Origin: a bacterium
GTDB lineage: Bacteria > Patescibacteriota > Doudnabacteria > UBA920
Assembly (NCBI GenBank): GCA_021825655.1
Contig: JAKAGU010000003.1
Location: 12,014 to 76,013, forward strand
Length of the DNA: 64,000 nucleotides
Reading direction: 5' to 3'
The first letter of the stretch is position 1; each line of letters starts with the position of its first letter. The position numbers and the translations under genes are program-made. Below the pieces are notes generated by a model. That model made no database searches. It saw only the letters and a program-made list of their open reading frames with translations, and was not told the origin of the DNA. Positions 40,478-49,873 of the stretch are shown piece by piece.

Positions 40478-41401
40478 ATGAAACAAAAACTTTTAAAACC
40501 GGTCATCACCAACGAGAAACTGATCGCAGCGCTGGCTGTAATTTTCGCGGTCGTTATTTTCGCTTTTTTCAGAATTTTCTTCTACCAGGGCGCGTATGGC
40601 AACCCGCGGCAGGCCTTGCTGCAAATGCCGGAGGCGGATAATGCGGCGCAAACATCCGGACAAGCGCCGGAGGAGGTCGGTTCTAGGAAAAACGCGGGAG
40701 TGCGGATACCCATACTGCTTTACCGCCACATCGGGCCGGTGGCGAAAGACGCGGATCCCCTGCAAAAGGACCGGACAGTCAGTCCGGAAAATTTTGAGCT
40801 CCAGGTGGCCTGGCTGAGAGGCCAGGGCTACGAAAGCGTAAACCTCAGCGATTTACTGGAACATTTCAACAACCAAAAACCTCTGCCCCAAAAAGCAGTG
40901 GTGTTCACATTTAACAACGGCTACCAGGACACGCTGGCCTATGCCCCGGCCACCTTAAAAAAATACGGCTTTACGGGTGATTTCGGGGTCGTTACCCAGT
41001 TTCCCGGCATTGCCGTGGGCGAGAGCGCTTACGCTTCCTGGCAAGACTTACGCCAAGCCAAAAGCCAAGGCATGGAAATTGTGTCCCAAACCCAGGATAA
41101 TTTTGACGGCACGGACAAAAAATACGATAATGGCTTTATTCTCAGAAACCTGTCCGACTCCCAAAAAGACCTAAAAGCCAGCCTGAACCTTAACCTTCCC
41201 ATCCTCATTTACCCATTTGGACACTATGATGCCCGCTATCTGGGCCTGGCCCGGCAAGCCGGATTTTCAATGGGCCTTACGGAAAAAAGCGGCACACTCA
41301 TCCAAGCCGACAGCCTGATGGAAATCCCCAGGCTCGAGGTACACGGCAATGACAGCCTGGAGACTTTCAAAAAATTAATCCAAACCTCCGATGCCAAATA
41401 A
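40478..41401 (+). CDS. CE4/NodB polysaccharide-deacetylase homolog with degenerate active site
   Basis: PILLYRHI and YPFG retained; TFNNGY and SQTQDN replace TFDDGY and SHTxxH. Confidence 0.85.
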   Translation: MKQKLLKPVITNEKLIAALAVIFAVVIFAFFRIFFYQGAYGNPRQALLQMPEADNAAQTSGQAPEEVGSRKNAGVRIPILLYRHIGPVAKDADPLQKDRTVSPENFELQVAWLRGQGYESVNLSDLLEHFNNQKPLPQKAVVFTFNNGYQDTLAYAPATLKKYGFTGDFGVVTQFPGIAVGESAYASWQDLRQAKSQGMEIVSQTQDNFDGTDKKYDNGFILRNLSDSQKDLKASLNLNLPILIYPFGHYDARYLGLARQAGFSMGLTEKSGTLIQADSLMEIPRLEVHGNDSLETFKKLIQTSDAK

Positions 41402-42287
41402 AAAAATGCTCATACTGGGTTCCGCGGCGGTAATTGTAGCCTTGGCCGCGGCTGGTTTGTGGTATACAAAAAAGCACGCGGTTGCGGGAAACCCGCAGGT
41501 TAAATCGCAACCCGCACAGGAAGAAAATCTTACATACGAAGCCAAATACCAGACCGAGGAAGTTAAACCCTTGCCTGTGCCCCCGCCGCACCGCAGCCTC
41601 AAGCTGCCGATTCTCATGTACCACCACATTGGCGAACCGCCGCCCAATCCGGGCAAAATCCGCGAAGACCTGACTGTCAGTCCGGAAAATTTCCAGCAGC
41701 AGGTTCAGTGGCTGAAAGACCACGGCTACCAAAGCATAAAATTTTCCGAACTCTACCAGTATTCGCTGGGACAAATCAGCTTGCCCAAAAAGCCCGTTAT
41801 TATTTCCTTTGACGACGGCTACCAGGATGTGTTTGACAATGCGATACCCGTCCTGCGCCAGGCTGGCATGACCGGCAGCTTTGCCATTATCACCCAATAT
41901 CCGGCCACCCACAGCGGCACCAATTTTTACGCAAACTGGGACGAAATAAAAGCCGCCCAGGACTTGGGCATGGAAATTGTCTCCCACACCCAGGACCACT
42001 TTGACGGCAAAAACCCCAAATACAGCGCAGCTTTTATTGCCAATAACCTGGCGGGTTCAGTGTCAGACATTAAAGACCACCTGGGCTTTACAACCCACAC
42101 GCTTATTTACCCCTACGGCCGCTACACGCCGCAGTACCTTGAGCTGGCCAAAAAAGCCGGCTTTACGCTGGGCATTACCGTCCATGCCGGCAACACGGTA
42201 GATTTGGATAACCTTATGGAAATCCCGCGCGTCCGGGTGCACCACACCACCACCCTTAAACAGTTTGCCGAAGCCGTGGAAAGGTAA
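41391..42287 (+). CDS. CE4/NodB polysaccharide deacetylase (IcaB/PgaB-like), intact active site
   Basis: PILMYHHI, SFDDGY, SHTQDH, YPYG; N-terminal membrane anchor. Confidence 0.9.
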   Translation: MPNKKMLILGSAAVIVALAAAGLWYTKKHAVAGNPQVKSQPAQEENLTYEAKYQTEEVKPLPVPPPHRSLKLPILMYHHIGEPPPNPGKIREDLTVSPENFQQQVQWLKDHGYQSIKFSELYQYSLGQISLPKKPVIISFDDGYQDVFDNAIPVLRQAGMTGSFAIITQYPATHSGTNFYANWDEIKAAQDLGMEIVSHTQDHFDGKNPKYSAAFIANNLAGSVSDIKDHLGFTTHTLIYPYGRYTPQYLELAKKAGFTLGITVHAGNTVDLDNLMEIPRVRVHHTTTLKQFAEAVER

Positions 42288-42290
42288 ATG

Positions 42291-43127
42291 CTAGCCGATT
42301 TTTATTTCTGCGTAACGCCAATGCTTGGCCAAGTCGCGGTAAAATTTTAACCTTGCCTGCGGCAGGGTTTTTTTTATGAGGCTGGATATCCCGTTTTTTT
42401 GCCTTGGGTCAAATTCAATATACGCCCAAAGAGGGCGGGACGGCCTGGCCGCGAGCTCTTCCAGCAGGCGGCGGATTTCCCTGAGGCCCTGCTCCCCGGT
42501 AAATAGCGCTTTTCGCGGCTCAAAGCGCAAGCCCGCGGTTTCCGCCGCTGTATTGTTACGCCAGGCTTTCCAGCCATAAGGCAGGTTGGCAATGAGCACG
42601 TCAAAAGATCCGCGCACGGCCTTAAGCAGGTTACTGCGACAGAAAACAATTTTTACTTTGTGGGTTCGGGCATTACGGCGGGCCACTTGCAGGGCGGCGG
42701 CGGAAACATCGCTGGCTAAATACTTAAAATCTGTGCTGCCCAATTGTTTGGCCAGACTGACAATAATAGCTCCGCTGCCCGTGCCCACGTCCAAAACCCT
42801 GACCTGGCGGTGCGGGTTTTGCGCCTTTAAATTTTTAAGTTTTTCAGCGGCTTTTTCCACGACCCATTCCGTTTCGGGGCGGGGGACCAGCACGCGCTTA
42901 TCCACGCAAAACCTCAGGCCGCAAAAATCCTTGTACCCCAGCAAGTAGGCCGCCGGCTCACCCCGCTGCCTGCGCTTAACAAGTCCTGCCAGGCTGGATA
43001 CTTGGGCAGCCGTCATTTTTTTCCCCGGATGCATAAACAAAAACTCCTTGGGCCGCTGCAGGGCATGGGCCAGAAGGAGTTCAATCTCCAGCTTGGAATT
43101 TTTTTTAAGCGCCTCTCTGATAGTCAT
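42291..43127 (-). CDS. prmC: release factor glutamine methyltransferase
   Basis: GEP.AY, VLVPRPETE, DVGTGSG, ANLPY; downstream of prfA. Confidence 0.93.
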   Translation of the reverse strand: MTIREALKKNSKLEIELLLAHALQRPKEFLFMHPGKKMTAAQVSSLAGLVKRRQRGEPAAYLLGYKDFCGLRFCVDKRVLVPRPETEWVVEKAAEKLKNLKAQNPHRQVRVLDVGTGSGAIIVSLAKQLGSTDFKYLASDVSAAALQVARRNARTHKVKIVFCRSNLLKAVRGSFDVLIANLPYGWKAWRNNTAAETAGLRFEPRKALFTGEQGLREIRRLLEELAARPSRPLWAYIEFDPRQKNGISSLIKKTLPQARLKFYRDLAKHWRYAEIKIG

Positions 43128-44187
43128 TTTTCAGGGCTTCTTTTTTGGCTTCAATGTCGGCCTTTTGCAGGGCAATAATCAGCGGCGAAAGCTCGCCTTC
43201 CATAATCAGGTTAATCTGGTTGAAGTTCTGGTTGATGCGGTGGTCGGTTACGCGGTCCTGGGGAAAATTGTAAGTACGGATTTTTTCCGACCGGTCGCCC
43301 GTACCAATCTGGCTCTTGGTCAGGCTGCGAATTTTTTTGTCCTCAATTTCCTGGTAGTGCGCGGCCACCCGGGCGCGGATGACGGCCAGGGCTTTTTCCT
43401 TGTTCTGTGCCTGGCTGCGTTCATCCTGGCACTGGGCGGTAATGCCGGTGGGGATATGCACGATGCGGATGGCGCTGTAGGTCGTATTAACCGACTGGCC
43501 GCCGTGGCCCGAAGAGGTAGTGGCCTCAATTTTCAGATCCTTGGGGTCAATGGCATAGTCTTTTTCTTCCAGTTCCGGCAGCACCGCCACGGTAATGGTG
43601 GAAGTGTGGACGCGCCCGCTTTTTTCCGTTTCCGGAACGCGCTGTACCCGGTGCACGCCGGATTCATACTTAAATTTGCTATAGGGACCCTCGCCCTGGC
43701 CGCGGCCTTTAATTTCAAAAATTACTTCCTTAAACCCGCCCGCGTCCGAACGGGAAGACGAAACCATAAACGGCTTCCAGCGGTTTTCTTCCGCAAACTT
43801 GCCGTAGGCGCGGAACATTTCCGCGGCAAAAAGAGTGGACTCGTCGCCGCCCGCGCCCGCGCGGATTTCCACAATGCAATTCTTGTCGTCGTTGGGGTCT
43901 TGGGGCAGCAGAGCTTCCTCGATCTCGGCTTCAAGCCGGGCAATCTCGGACTTTAAGCTTTCCGCTTCCTGGCCGGCCAGCTGGGCCATTTCCCGGTCGT
44001 CGGCAACGGCCAATTCCTGGGCGCTCGCTAAATCCGCTTCCGCTTTTTTCAAACGGCTAATTTTGTCCACTACGGGCTGCAGTTCGGCCTGGCGTTTGCC
44101 TAAACGGGCAATATCAACGCCGCCGCCGGCCAGCTGGGCGGTTATGCCGTCATACTCTTCCAAAATTTTGAGAAAAGAAGCTTCCAT
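43105..44187 (-). CDS. prfA: peptide chain release factor 1
   Basis: EIRAGAGGDE, ESGVHRVQRVPET (PxT motif), GGQ, RTYNFPQ.R.TDHRI. Confidence 0.96.
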   Translation of the reverse strand: MEASFLKILEEYDGITAQLAGGGVDIARLGKRQAELQPVVDKISRLKKAEADLASAQELAVADDREMAQLAGQEAESLKSEIARLEAEIEEALLPQDPNDDKNCIVEIRAGAGGDESTLFAAEMFRAYGKFAEENRWKPFMVSSSRSDAGGFKEVIFEIKGRGQGEGPYSKFKYESGVHRVQRVPETEKSGRVHTSTITVAVLPELEEKDYAIDPKDLKIEATTSSGHGGQSVNTTYSAIRIVHIPTGITAQCQDERSQAQNKEKALAVIRARVAAHYQEIEDKKIRSLTKSQIGTGDRSEKIRTYNFPQDRVTDHRINQNFNQINLIMEGELSPLIIALQKADIEAKKEALKNDYQRGA

Positions 44188-44248
44188 ATTGACTCATAAA
44201 TCTTAACATAAAAATACCCTCCATTACAGAGGGTATTTAAGAACGGAG

Positions 44249-44509
44249 TTATTTCTTGGCTCTCGGCTTCCGGGTTTTCTTGGGCTTGGCTTCAGCCTTG
44301 GCCTTGGCAGCCATGGCAGCGCGCTTCTTGAATTTGTCCACGGTTCCGGTGGCATCAAGTAATTTTTGCTTGCCGGTATAAAACGGATGGCACTGGCTGC
44401 AGACTTCGGTTTGCAGGGTTTCCTGGGTGGAGCCTGTGGTAAAGGTATTGCCGCAAGCGCAAGTAACCTTGGCAGCCGCGAAATATTTGGGGTGAATTCC
44501 TTGCTTCAT
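44249..44509 (-). CDS. rpmE: 50S ribosomal protein L31 (Zn-binding)
   Basis: [24 protein letters not shown]. Confidence 0.96.
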   Translation of the reverse strand: MKQGIHPKYFAAAKVTCACGNTFTTGSTQETLQTEVCSQCHPFYTGKQKLLDATGTVDKFKKRAAMAAKAKAEAKPKKTRKPRAKK

Positions 44510-44592
44510 AGTTGATTGAAATTTAAGTGCTCACTTATTCTACCACCACTTGCAATTTTGGTCAAGGGATGATATAATTTAAACCACTTTGC

Positions 44593-44691
44593 TTTTCGGC
44601 CTTAAACAAGCCGAAAATCCGCAAAACTCATTAACCATCACATCCCGAGATTATCCTGACCCGCTATTTATAGCGCGGTTTACGCGGGATG
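44593..44691 (+). promoter_or_regulatory. structured rpsB 5' leader (putative S2 autoregulatory element)
   Basis: Hairpins TTTTCGGC/GCCGAAAA and CATCCCG...CGGGATG, the latter enclosing CGCTA/TAGCG, between TATAAT and the rpsB ATG. Confidence 0.4.
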
Positions 44692-44708
44692 GACGAGAAA
44701 GGATAAGC

Positions 44709-45431
44709 ATGAAAGAGATTACTCTTTTAGACTTGCTTAAAACCGGCGCGCATTTCGGCCACACCACCTCCCGGTGGAACCCGAAAATGAAGCCATACAT
44801 CTATACCGTCAGGAGCGGTATACATATTTTGGATTTGGAAAAAACCAAGCTGGCTTTGACCAAGGCCCTGGATTTTGCCAAAGACACCGCCTCTAAAGGC
44901 GGCACTATCCTGTTCGTGGGGACCAAGAAACAGACCCGCGACATTATTAAACAGGCGGCAACGGACTGCGGCATGCCTTACGTCAATGTGCGCTGGCTGG
45001 GCGGCACCTTCACCAACTTCCGCACTATCCAGAAGACCATCCGCAAGCTGGAAAAACTGGAAAACATGAAAGCCAGCGGCGAACTGGAAAGCAATTACAC
45101 CAAGAAAGAACGTCTGATGGTAGAGCGCGAAATTGAAAAGCTGAAAAAGCTGTTCGAGGGCATCCAGAACTTAAAACGCCTGCCCGAAGCCATTTTCGTC
45201 ACTGACGTGAAGCACGAAGATATCGCCGTAACCGAAGCCAGAAAAAGCAAGGTGAAGGTCGTCGGGCTGGTGGACACCAACTGCAACCCGGACAACGTGG
45301 ATTACGCCATTCCCTGCAACGACGACGCCACCAAAGCGGTGGAACTCATCTGCAGCGCCATGTCGGAAACCATCAGGACCAGCCGGCAGGCTCAGGCGGT
45401 TATGGCTGCCAAGACCGAAGAAACCAAATAA
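44709..45431 (+). CDS. rpsB: 30S ribosomal protein S2
   Basis: GAHFGH...WNPKM, LFVGTK, RWLGG.FTN, DTNC.PD, NDDA; ATG at 44709. Confidence 0.97.
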   Translation: MKEITLLDLLKTGAHFGHTTSRWNPKMKPYIYTVRSGIHILDLEKTKLALTKALDFAKDTASKGGTILFVGTKKQTRDIIKQAATDCGMPYVNVRWLGGTFTNFRTIQKTIRKLEKLENMKASGELESNYTKKERLMVEREIEKLKKLFEGIQNLKRLPEAIFVTDVKHEDIAVTEARKSKVKVVGLVDTNCNPDNVDYAIPCNDDATKAVELICSAMSETIRTSRQAQAVMAAKTEETK

Positions 45432-45448
45432 TTAAATTTCAAATTACA

Positions 45449-46030
45449 ATGTCAAACGATCTCATCAAAGAACTGCGGGATCTGACCGGCGCCGGCATTT
45501 TGGAAATTAAGCAGGCCCTTGAAGAAGCGGGCAGCAACAAAGACAAGGCTGTGGAAATCCTGCGCAAAAAAGGCTCCTTGAAACTGGGCAAAAAGGCGGA
45601 CCGCGTAACCAAAGAAGGCATCGTGGAAGCCTATATCCATCCCGGTTCCAAAGTAGGCGTACTCTTGGAGCTTAACTGCGAGACCGATTTTGTGGCCCGG
45701 ACCGAGGACTTTAAAAACCTGGCCAAAGATTTGGCCCTGCACGTTGCCGCTGCCGCCCCTCAGTATGTTTCTTCCGCCGATGTGCCGCAGGAAATCCAGG
45801 ACAAGGAAAAAGAAATCTACAAAGAACAGGTGAAAGGCAAGCCCGAAGACGTGGTGGGTAAAATTTTGGAAGGCAAATTAGCCAAGTATTTCGAAGAAGT
45901 TTGCCTGTTGGAACAGCCGTTCGTTAAAAATCCGGACAAAAAAGTCAAAGACCTGATCGCCGAAGCCGTTTCCAAGATTGGCGAAAACATCCAGGTGCGC
46001 AGATTTTCGCGTTTTGTTTTGGGCAATTAA
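45449..46030 (+). CDS. tsf: elongation factor Ts (short form)
   Basis: [27 protein letters not shown]. Confidence 0.96.
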   Translation: MSNDLIKELRDLTGAGILEIKQALEEAGSNKDKAVEILRKKGSLKLGKKADRVTKEGIVEAYIHPGSKVGVLLELNCETDFVARTEDFKNLAKDLALHVAAAAPQYVSSADVPQEIQDKEKEIYKEQVKGKPEDVVGKILEGKLAKYFEEVCLLEQPFVKNPDKKVKDLIAEAVSKIGENIQVRRFSRFVLGN

Positions 46031-46086
46031 AGATTTTTTGGTAGAATACAACAGGGCGCTATTGCCCTTTTGAAAGCCTTTGCCAA

Positions 46087-46887
46087 ATGTCTTACCACGT
46101 TCTCCCCAACATTGCTTTAATCCTGGCCCTTTTAGGCATCATCGCCATGATTTTAAGGCGCCTGCCCGAAGCGGTGGACGCCAAACAGCAGGAAATTCAG
46201 GAAGAAACCGTGCACGATAAGCTGAGTAAAAAAGGCTTGCCTGTCATGGCTTTTTCCCGGGCCAAAAGCTGGGGCAGATTCTGGGGTCAAAAAATTTGGC
46301 ACTTTGTCCTGGAAGCCAAAGACCTAAAGCCTGCGGCGGCCACTGGCTACAAAATCCGCAAAATGTTCAATTACGGCGGAACGCAAAAAATGCCTTTACA
46401 GAACGCAGCGCTTCCACAAGCGCAGGCACCCGCAACAACCCTGCCGGCCAGTTTACCCAAAGAACCCCCTCGGGCCACTGAACAAGAAATCCTGGACGCT
46501 ATCAAGAAGGAGCCCAAGAACCACAGGCATTACGACGATTTAGGCAAACTCTACCTGGACCAGAAAAACTTCAGCGACGCAAAGGATATTTACCTCTACT
46601 TGGTTAATCACGAATCCGGACACAGCGAGTATCATGCCAAACTGGCTTACAGCTGCTATCAGCTGCGGGAATTTTCCACCGCCGTAGAGCACTATAAAAA
46701 AGCCACGGCTCTTGATTCCACCCACCCAAACCGCTATTATAATCTGGCTCTGTGCCTCTCCGTTTTGGGCCGCCAGGCTGAAGCTGTCGAGAATTTCGAG
46801 AAAGCAGCGGGCATGGAGCCCAGCAACGTCAAGTACCGCCAGGCTTTGGAAAAGGCGAAAGCCACTCTCAACAAACCAGCAGCTTAA
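46087..46887 (+). CDS. membrane-anchored TPR protein
   Basis: N-terminal TM and C-terminal TPR repeats (LGKLY...A, LAY..Y...A...Y, YYNLA...A...F). Confidence 0.82.
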   Translation: MSYHVLPNIALILALLGIIAMILRRLPEAVDAKQQEIQEETVHDKLSKKGLPVMAFSRAKSWGRFWGQKIWHFVLEAKDLKPAAATGYKIRKMFNYGGTQKMPLQNAALPQAQAPATTLPASLPKEPPRATEQEILDAIKKEPKNHRHYDDLGKLYLDQKNFSDAKDIYLYLVNHESGHSEYHAKLAYSCYQLREFSTAVEHYKKATALDSTHPNRYYNLALCLSVLGRQAEAVENFEKAAGMEPSNVKYRQALEKAKATLNKPAA

Positions 46888-46888
46888 A

Positions 46889-47008
46889 AAATTATCCCGC
46901 TCTTTTCTGACCTGCCGTTGTAGCTCAGTTGGTAGAGCAACTCCATGGTAAGGAGTAGGTCCGCGGTTCAAATCCGCGCAACGGCTCCAGAAAAGAGCGG
47001 GATAATTT
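46889..47008. repeat. perfect 21-bp inverted repeat enclosing tRNA-Thr(GGT)
   Basis: AAATTATCCCGCTCTTTTCTG (46889-46909) is the reverse complement of CAGAAAAGAGCGGGATAATTT (46988-47008). Confidence 0.9.
46914..46989 (+). tRNA. tRNA-Thr(GGT)
   Basis: 76-nt cloverleaf; ACTCC-AT-GGT-AA-GGAGT anticodon arm; GGTTCAAATCC; U73-CCA. Confidence 0.97.
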
Positions 47009-47030
47009 GTTCTTTTACACAACCACATAC

Positions 47031-47116
47031 GGGCAGATGGTAGAGCGGTCAATTACACCTGACTGTAAATCAGGCGCCTTTCGGCTACGCAGGTTCGAAT
47101 CCTGCTCTGCCCACCA
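47031..47116 (+). tRNA. tRNA-Tyr(GTA)
   Basis: CCTGA-CT-GTA-AA-TCAGG anticodon arm, long variable arm, GGTTCGAATCC, ACCA end. Confidence 0.97.
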
Positions 47117-47117
47117 T

Positions 47118-47148
47118 AAAAAAATCCCGGATAACCGGGATTTTTTTA
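47118..47148. terminator. bidirectional terminator (tRNAs / ahcY)
   Basis: A-tract, ATCCCGG / CCGGGAT stem, T-tract. Confidence 0.85.
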
Positions 47149-47157
47149 TGTGTTGAT

Positions 47158-48414
47158 TTAAGTGCCTTCCTGCCAGCTGGCCAGGTATTTTTTTTGCACG
47201 GGGGTGAGCGCGTCGATTTTCACGCCCAGCGCCTCCAGCTTCAGCCTGGAAACGCGTTCGTCGATTTCTTTGGGTACGTCGTAAACCATAGGCCGCAAGG
47301 TTTTATAATTTTTGGCCAGCCAAGCGGAAGTCAGGGCCTGGTCCGCAAAAGACATATCCATAACCGCGGACGGATGGCCTTCGGCCGCGGCCAAATTCAT
47401 AAGCCGGCCTTCGGCAATCAAGAATAATTTTTTGCCGCTGGGCAGAGTATATTCTTCCACCTGGTCCCTCACGGCCCGGTGGGACTTGGCCAATTTTTGC
47501 AAATCGCCCAAGTTGATTTCCACATTAAAATGACCGCTGTTGCCCAAAATCGCCCCGTCTTTCATTAGCTTCATGTGTGTTGCGGTAATTACGTCCTTAT
47601 CGCCTGTGGCGGTCAAAAATACGTCGCCGATTTTGGCTGCTTCCGCCATTTTCATTACCTCAAAACCGTCCATGGCCGCTTTCAGCGCTGGCAGGGGATC
47701 CACTTCCGTAACCACCACCCTGGCACCCAAGCCTTTTGCCCTGAGAGCCATGCCGCTGCCGCAATAGCCGTAACCGGCCACCACCACAATTTTGCCTGAG
47801 AGCAAAACATTGGTGGCGCGGAGTAGGCCGTCCATGGTGCTTTGGCCCGTACCGTAATAATTATCGAACATATGTTTGGTCGGGGTGTCGTTAACGGCCA
47901 CAATCGGATACTTCAGCGCCCCGTCCTTAGCCATGGCTTTCAGGCGGATAACTCCGGTAGTGGTCTCTTCCTGCCCGGCCACCACGCTCTTTAAGAGCTC
48001 CTTGCGCTCGCTGTGGATTAAGGAAATCAAGTCCGCGCCGTCATCAATAGTGATTTGCGGTTTAAAATCCAAAGTCTGGTTCAAACACTGATAATAATCT
48101 TTATTGGAAATGCCTTTCCAGGCAAACACGTTAATCCCGTCTTCCACCAGAGCCGCAGCCACGTCATCCTGGGTGGAAAGGGGATTACTGCAGCATAAAA
48201 CCACCTCAGCGCCGCCCGCGGCAATGGCCTTGGCCAGCACAGCGGTTTCCTTGGTTACATGCAAACAGGCTGCAATAGTCAAGTTTTTAAACGGCTGGTT
48301 CTTTTTAAACTCCTGGGCAATCTTCCGCATAACGGGCATCTCGCGCTCAGCCAAGGCAATGTTAATGTGGCCCTGCTTAGCCAGCTTCATGTCTTTAACT
48401 TTGTATTTGGGCAT
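47158..48414 (-). CDS. ahcY: S-adenosylhomocysteine hydrolase
   Basis: ACLHVT.ETA, SNPLSTQD, DDGADL, EETTTG, FDN.YGTGQS, GYGYCG, GHFNVEI, EGHPS.VMD.SF. Confidence 0.97.
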   Translation of the reverse strand: MPKYKVKDMKLAKQGHINIALAEREMPVMRKIAQEFKKNQPFKNLTIAACLHVTKETAVLAKAIAAGGAEVVLCCSNPLSTQDDVAAALVEDGINVFAWKGISNKDYYQCLNQTLDFKPQITIDDGADLISLIHSERKELLKSVVAGQEETTTGVIRLKAMAKDGALKYPIVAVNDTPTKHMFDNYYGTGQSTMDGLLRATNVLLSGKIVVVAGYGYCGSGMALRAKGLGARVVVTEVDPLPALKAAMDGFEVMKMAEAAKIGDVFLTATGDKDVITATHMKLMKDGAILGNSGHFNVEINLGDLQKLAKSHRAVRDQVEEYTLPSGKKLFLIAEGRLMNLAAAEGHPSAVMDMSFADQALTSAWLAKNYKTLRPMVYDVPKEIDERVSRLKLEALGVKIDALTPVQKKYLASWQEGT

Positions 48415-48536
48415 TTTTCTCTCTGGGATGAATTATTTACCCCAGAAGTATACCAGAAAAATCCTCTTTTTTGTAGAGTTTTAAGCACTGGATTTTTCCG
48501 GGCAATTATGTTAAAATAAAAAACGCTACCAGCCAC

Positions 48537-48612
48537 GCCGGCTTAGCTCATCTGGTAGAGCAACGGTTTTGTAAACCGTAGGTGGTCGGTTCAAGTCCGA
48601 CAGCCGGCTCCA
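48537..48612 (+). tRNA. tRNA-Thr(TGT)
   Basis: 76-nt cloverleaf; ACGGT-TT-TGT-AA-ACCGT anticodon arm; U73-CCA. Confidence 0.97.
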
Positions 48613-48704
48613 TAGCCCACTTTTTATTGGATCATAAAAAGTGCAAAGATTTTCCGACGCCCGGTTAATCTTTAACCAATAAATTTTTAACCTTAAATAA
48701 TCCC

Positions 48705-48860
48705 ATGTCCCAAGACCACTTGATTAACCTGGAGTGCACGGTTTGCCACAACCTCAACTACCAGACCAAGAAGAACAAGAAGAACACCCAGAAGCGTTTG
48801 GAATTGCAGAAGTACTGCAAATTCTGCAAAAAGAAAACCCTGCACAAGGAAACCAAATAG
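48705..48860 (+). CDS. rpmG: 50S ribosomal protein L33 (Zn-binding; below the ORF-track cutoff)
   Basis: Manual translation: [51 protein letters not shown]. Confidence 0.95.
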   Translation: MSQDHLINLECTVCHNLNYQTKKNKKNTQKRLELQKYCKFCKKKTLHKETK

Positions 48861-48891
48861 TCTTCCTGTCCGGCCTTTAGGGGCCGGTTTT

Positions 48892-48965
48892 GGGGGCGTC
48901 GTATAATGGTAGTACAGCGGTCTCCAAAACCGCTTGCGTGGGTTCGATTCCTACCGCCCCTGCCA
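48892..48965 (+). tRNA. tRNA-Trp(CCA)
   Basis: GCGGT-CT-CCA-AA-ACCGC anticodon arm; GGTTCGATTCC; GCCA end. Confidence 0.96.
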
Positions 48966-49061
48966 AAGAAACTTCTCTTTATTTTGAGGAGTTTTTTTGT
49001 AGGGCAATTTACTATTGAACAAAAAGAACTTATACTTGAAGAGAGGTGAACGATAAAATTT

Positions 49062-49460
49062 ATGAAGCAAGAACAAAAAGATAGCTGGCTAAGAAGAATG
49101 GGAAAGAAATATCAAATTCCCGCACAAACCCTAAACAAAATGCTAAAAAGAGACAGGCTTTGTGTGTATTGTCATAAAATAATGGTTTTGCCTAAAAAAG
49201 GAGCAAAACAACGAGACTGGATTACAATTGAACACATGGCTGATAGAGCATCTGGGAATAACGATAAAACGATTGCTCTCTGTTGTGGGAGGTGCAATTC
49301 AAGTCGCAGGATGAGTTTTGAAAAATGGTTTAAGACTCCGTACTGTATCAATAGGGGAATAAATAAAAAAAGTGTTGCCGAACCAGTTAAAGCCTACCTC
49401 AAAATGATTGCGCGTCTGAATCCGAAAGATCTCAAAAAATACATCATCAAAAACTACTAA
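49062..49460 (+). CDS. HNH endonuclease-like protein (AT-rich)
   Basis: CVYC...TIEH...N...CCGRCNSSR (Zn-HNH pattern). Confidence 0.75.
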   Translation: MKQEQKDSWLRRMGKKYQIPAQTLNKMLKRDRLCVYCHKIMVLPKKGAKQRDWITIEHMADRASGNNDKTIALCCGRCNSSRRMSFEKWFKTPYCINRGINKKSVAEPVKAYLKMIARLNPKDLKKYIIKNY

Positions 49461-49472
49461 ATTCTTTCAACG

Positions 49473-49733
49473 ATGGACGACAAAAAAAGTATAAAGTGGA
49501 CATTCGCCAAAACTTATGCCGAAACAGCTCCGCATGAGTACATCCTCGAGGAGAACTACCCTGACTTTTTTGCTGAAATGAAAGAAAAAATTGACAAGAA
49601 AGGCAAGGGGGAGCCTTTTACCCTGTTTGGTCGGACTACGATTTACCGTTATTTTTATACAGATACACATAGATACTGGGTAATTGAAGATGTGTTAAAC
49701 AGGGATAACAGATATAACCTAAAAAAGGTTTAA
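49473..49733 (+). CDS. small hypothetical protein (WxFAKTY...PHEY type)
   Basis: Clean 86-aa ORF downstream of the HNH gene. Confidence 0.65.
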   Translation: MDDKKSIKWTFAKTYAETAPHEYILEENYPDFFAEMKEKIDKKGKGEPFTLFGRTTIYRYFYTDTHRYWVIEDVLNRDNRYNLKKV

Positions 49734-49818
49734 AAATCAAAGCCAACCATATTACCAAATTACCAATTTTAGCGATTTCGGTTCTAACATCGTTCCATAG
49801 GGACTACCACGACTTTTT

Positions 49819-49843
49819 AACCACCCGCAAGGGTGGTTTTTTA
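49819..49843 (+). terminator. intrinsic terminator
   Basis: AACCACCC-GCAA-GGGTGGTT followed by a T-tract. Confidence 0.75.
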
Positions 49844-49873
49844 TTTCTGAATGTAGTGCTATACTCAAACCGT

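Noticed and set aside
43048-43956. 302-aa + strand ORF
   Set aside because: Antisense shadow of prfA with no recognisable motifs.
48415-48536. SAH riboswitch upstream of ahcY
   Set aside because: Only a simple CTGGG/CCCAG hairpin; the conserved GAGGAGCG...CAGGCUC core is absent.
48892-48965. UGA recoding (code 25 or 4)
   Set aside because: The tRNA-Trp anticodon is CCA, and genes such as map and fmt end at TGA while long ORFs are intact in code 11.
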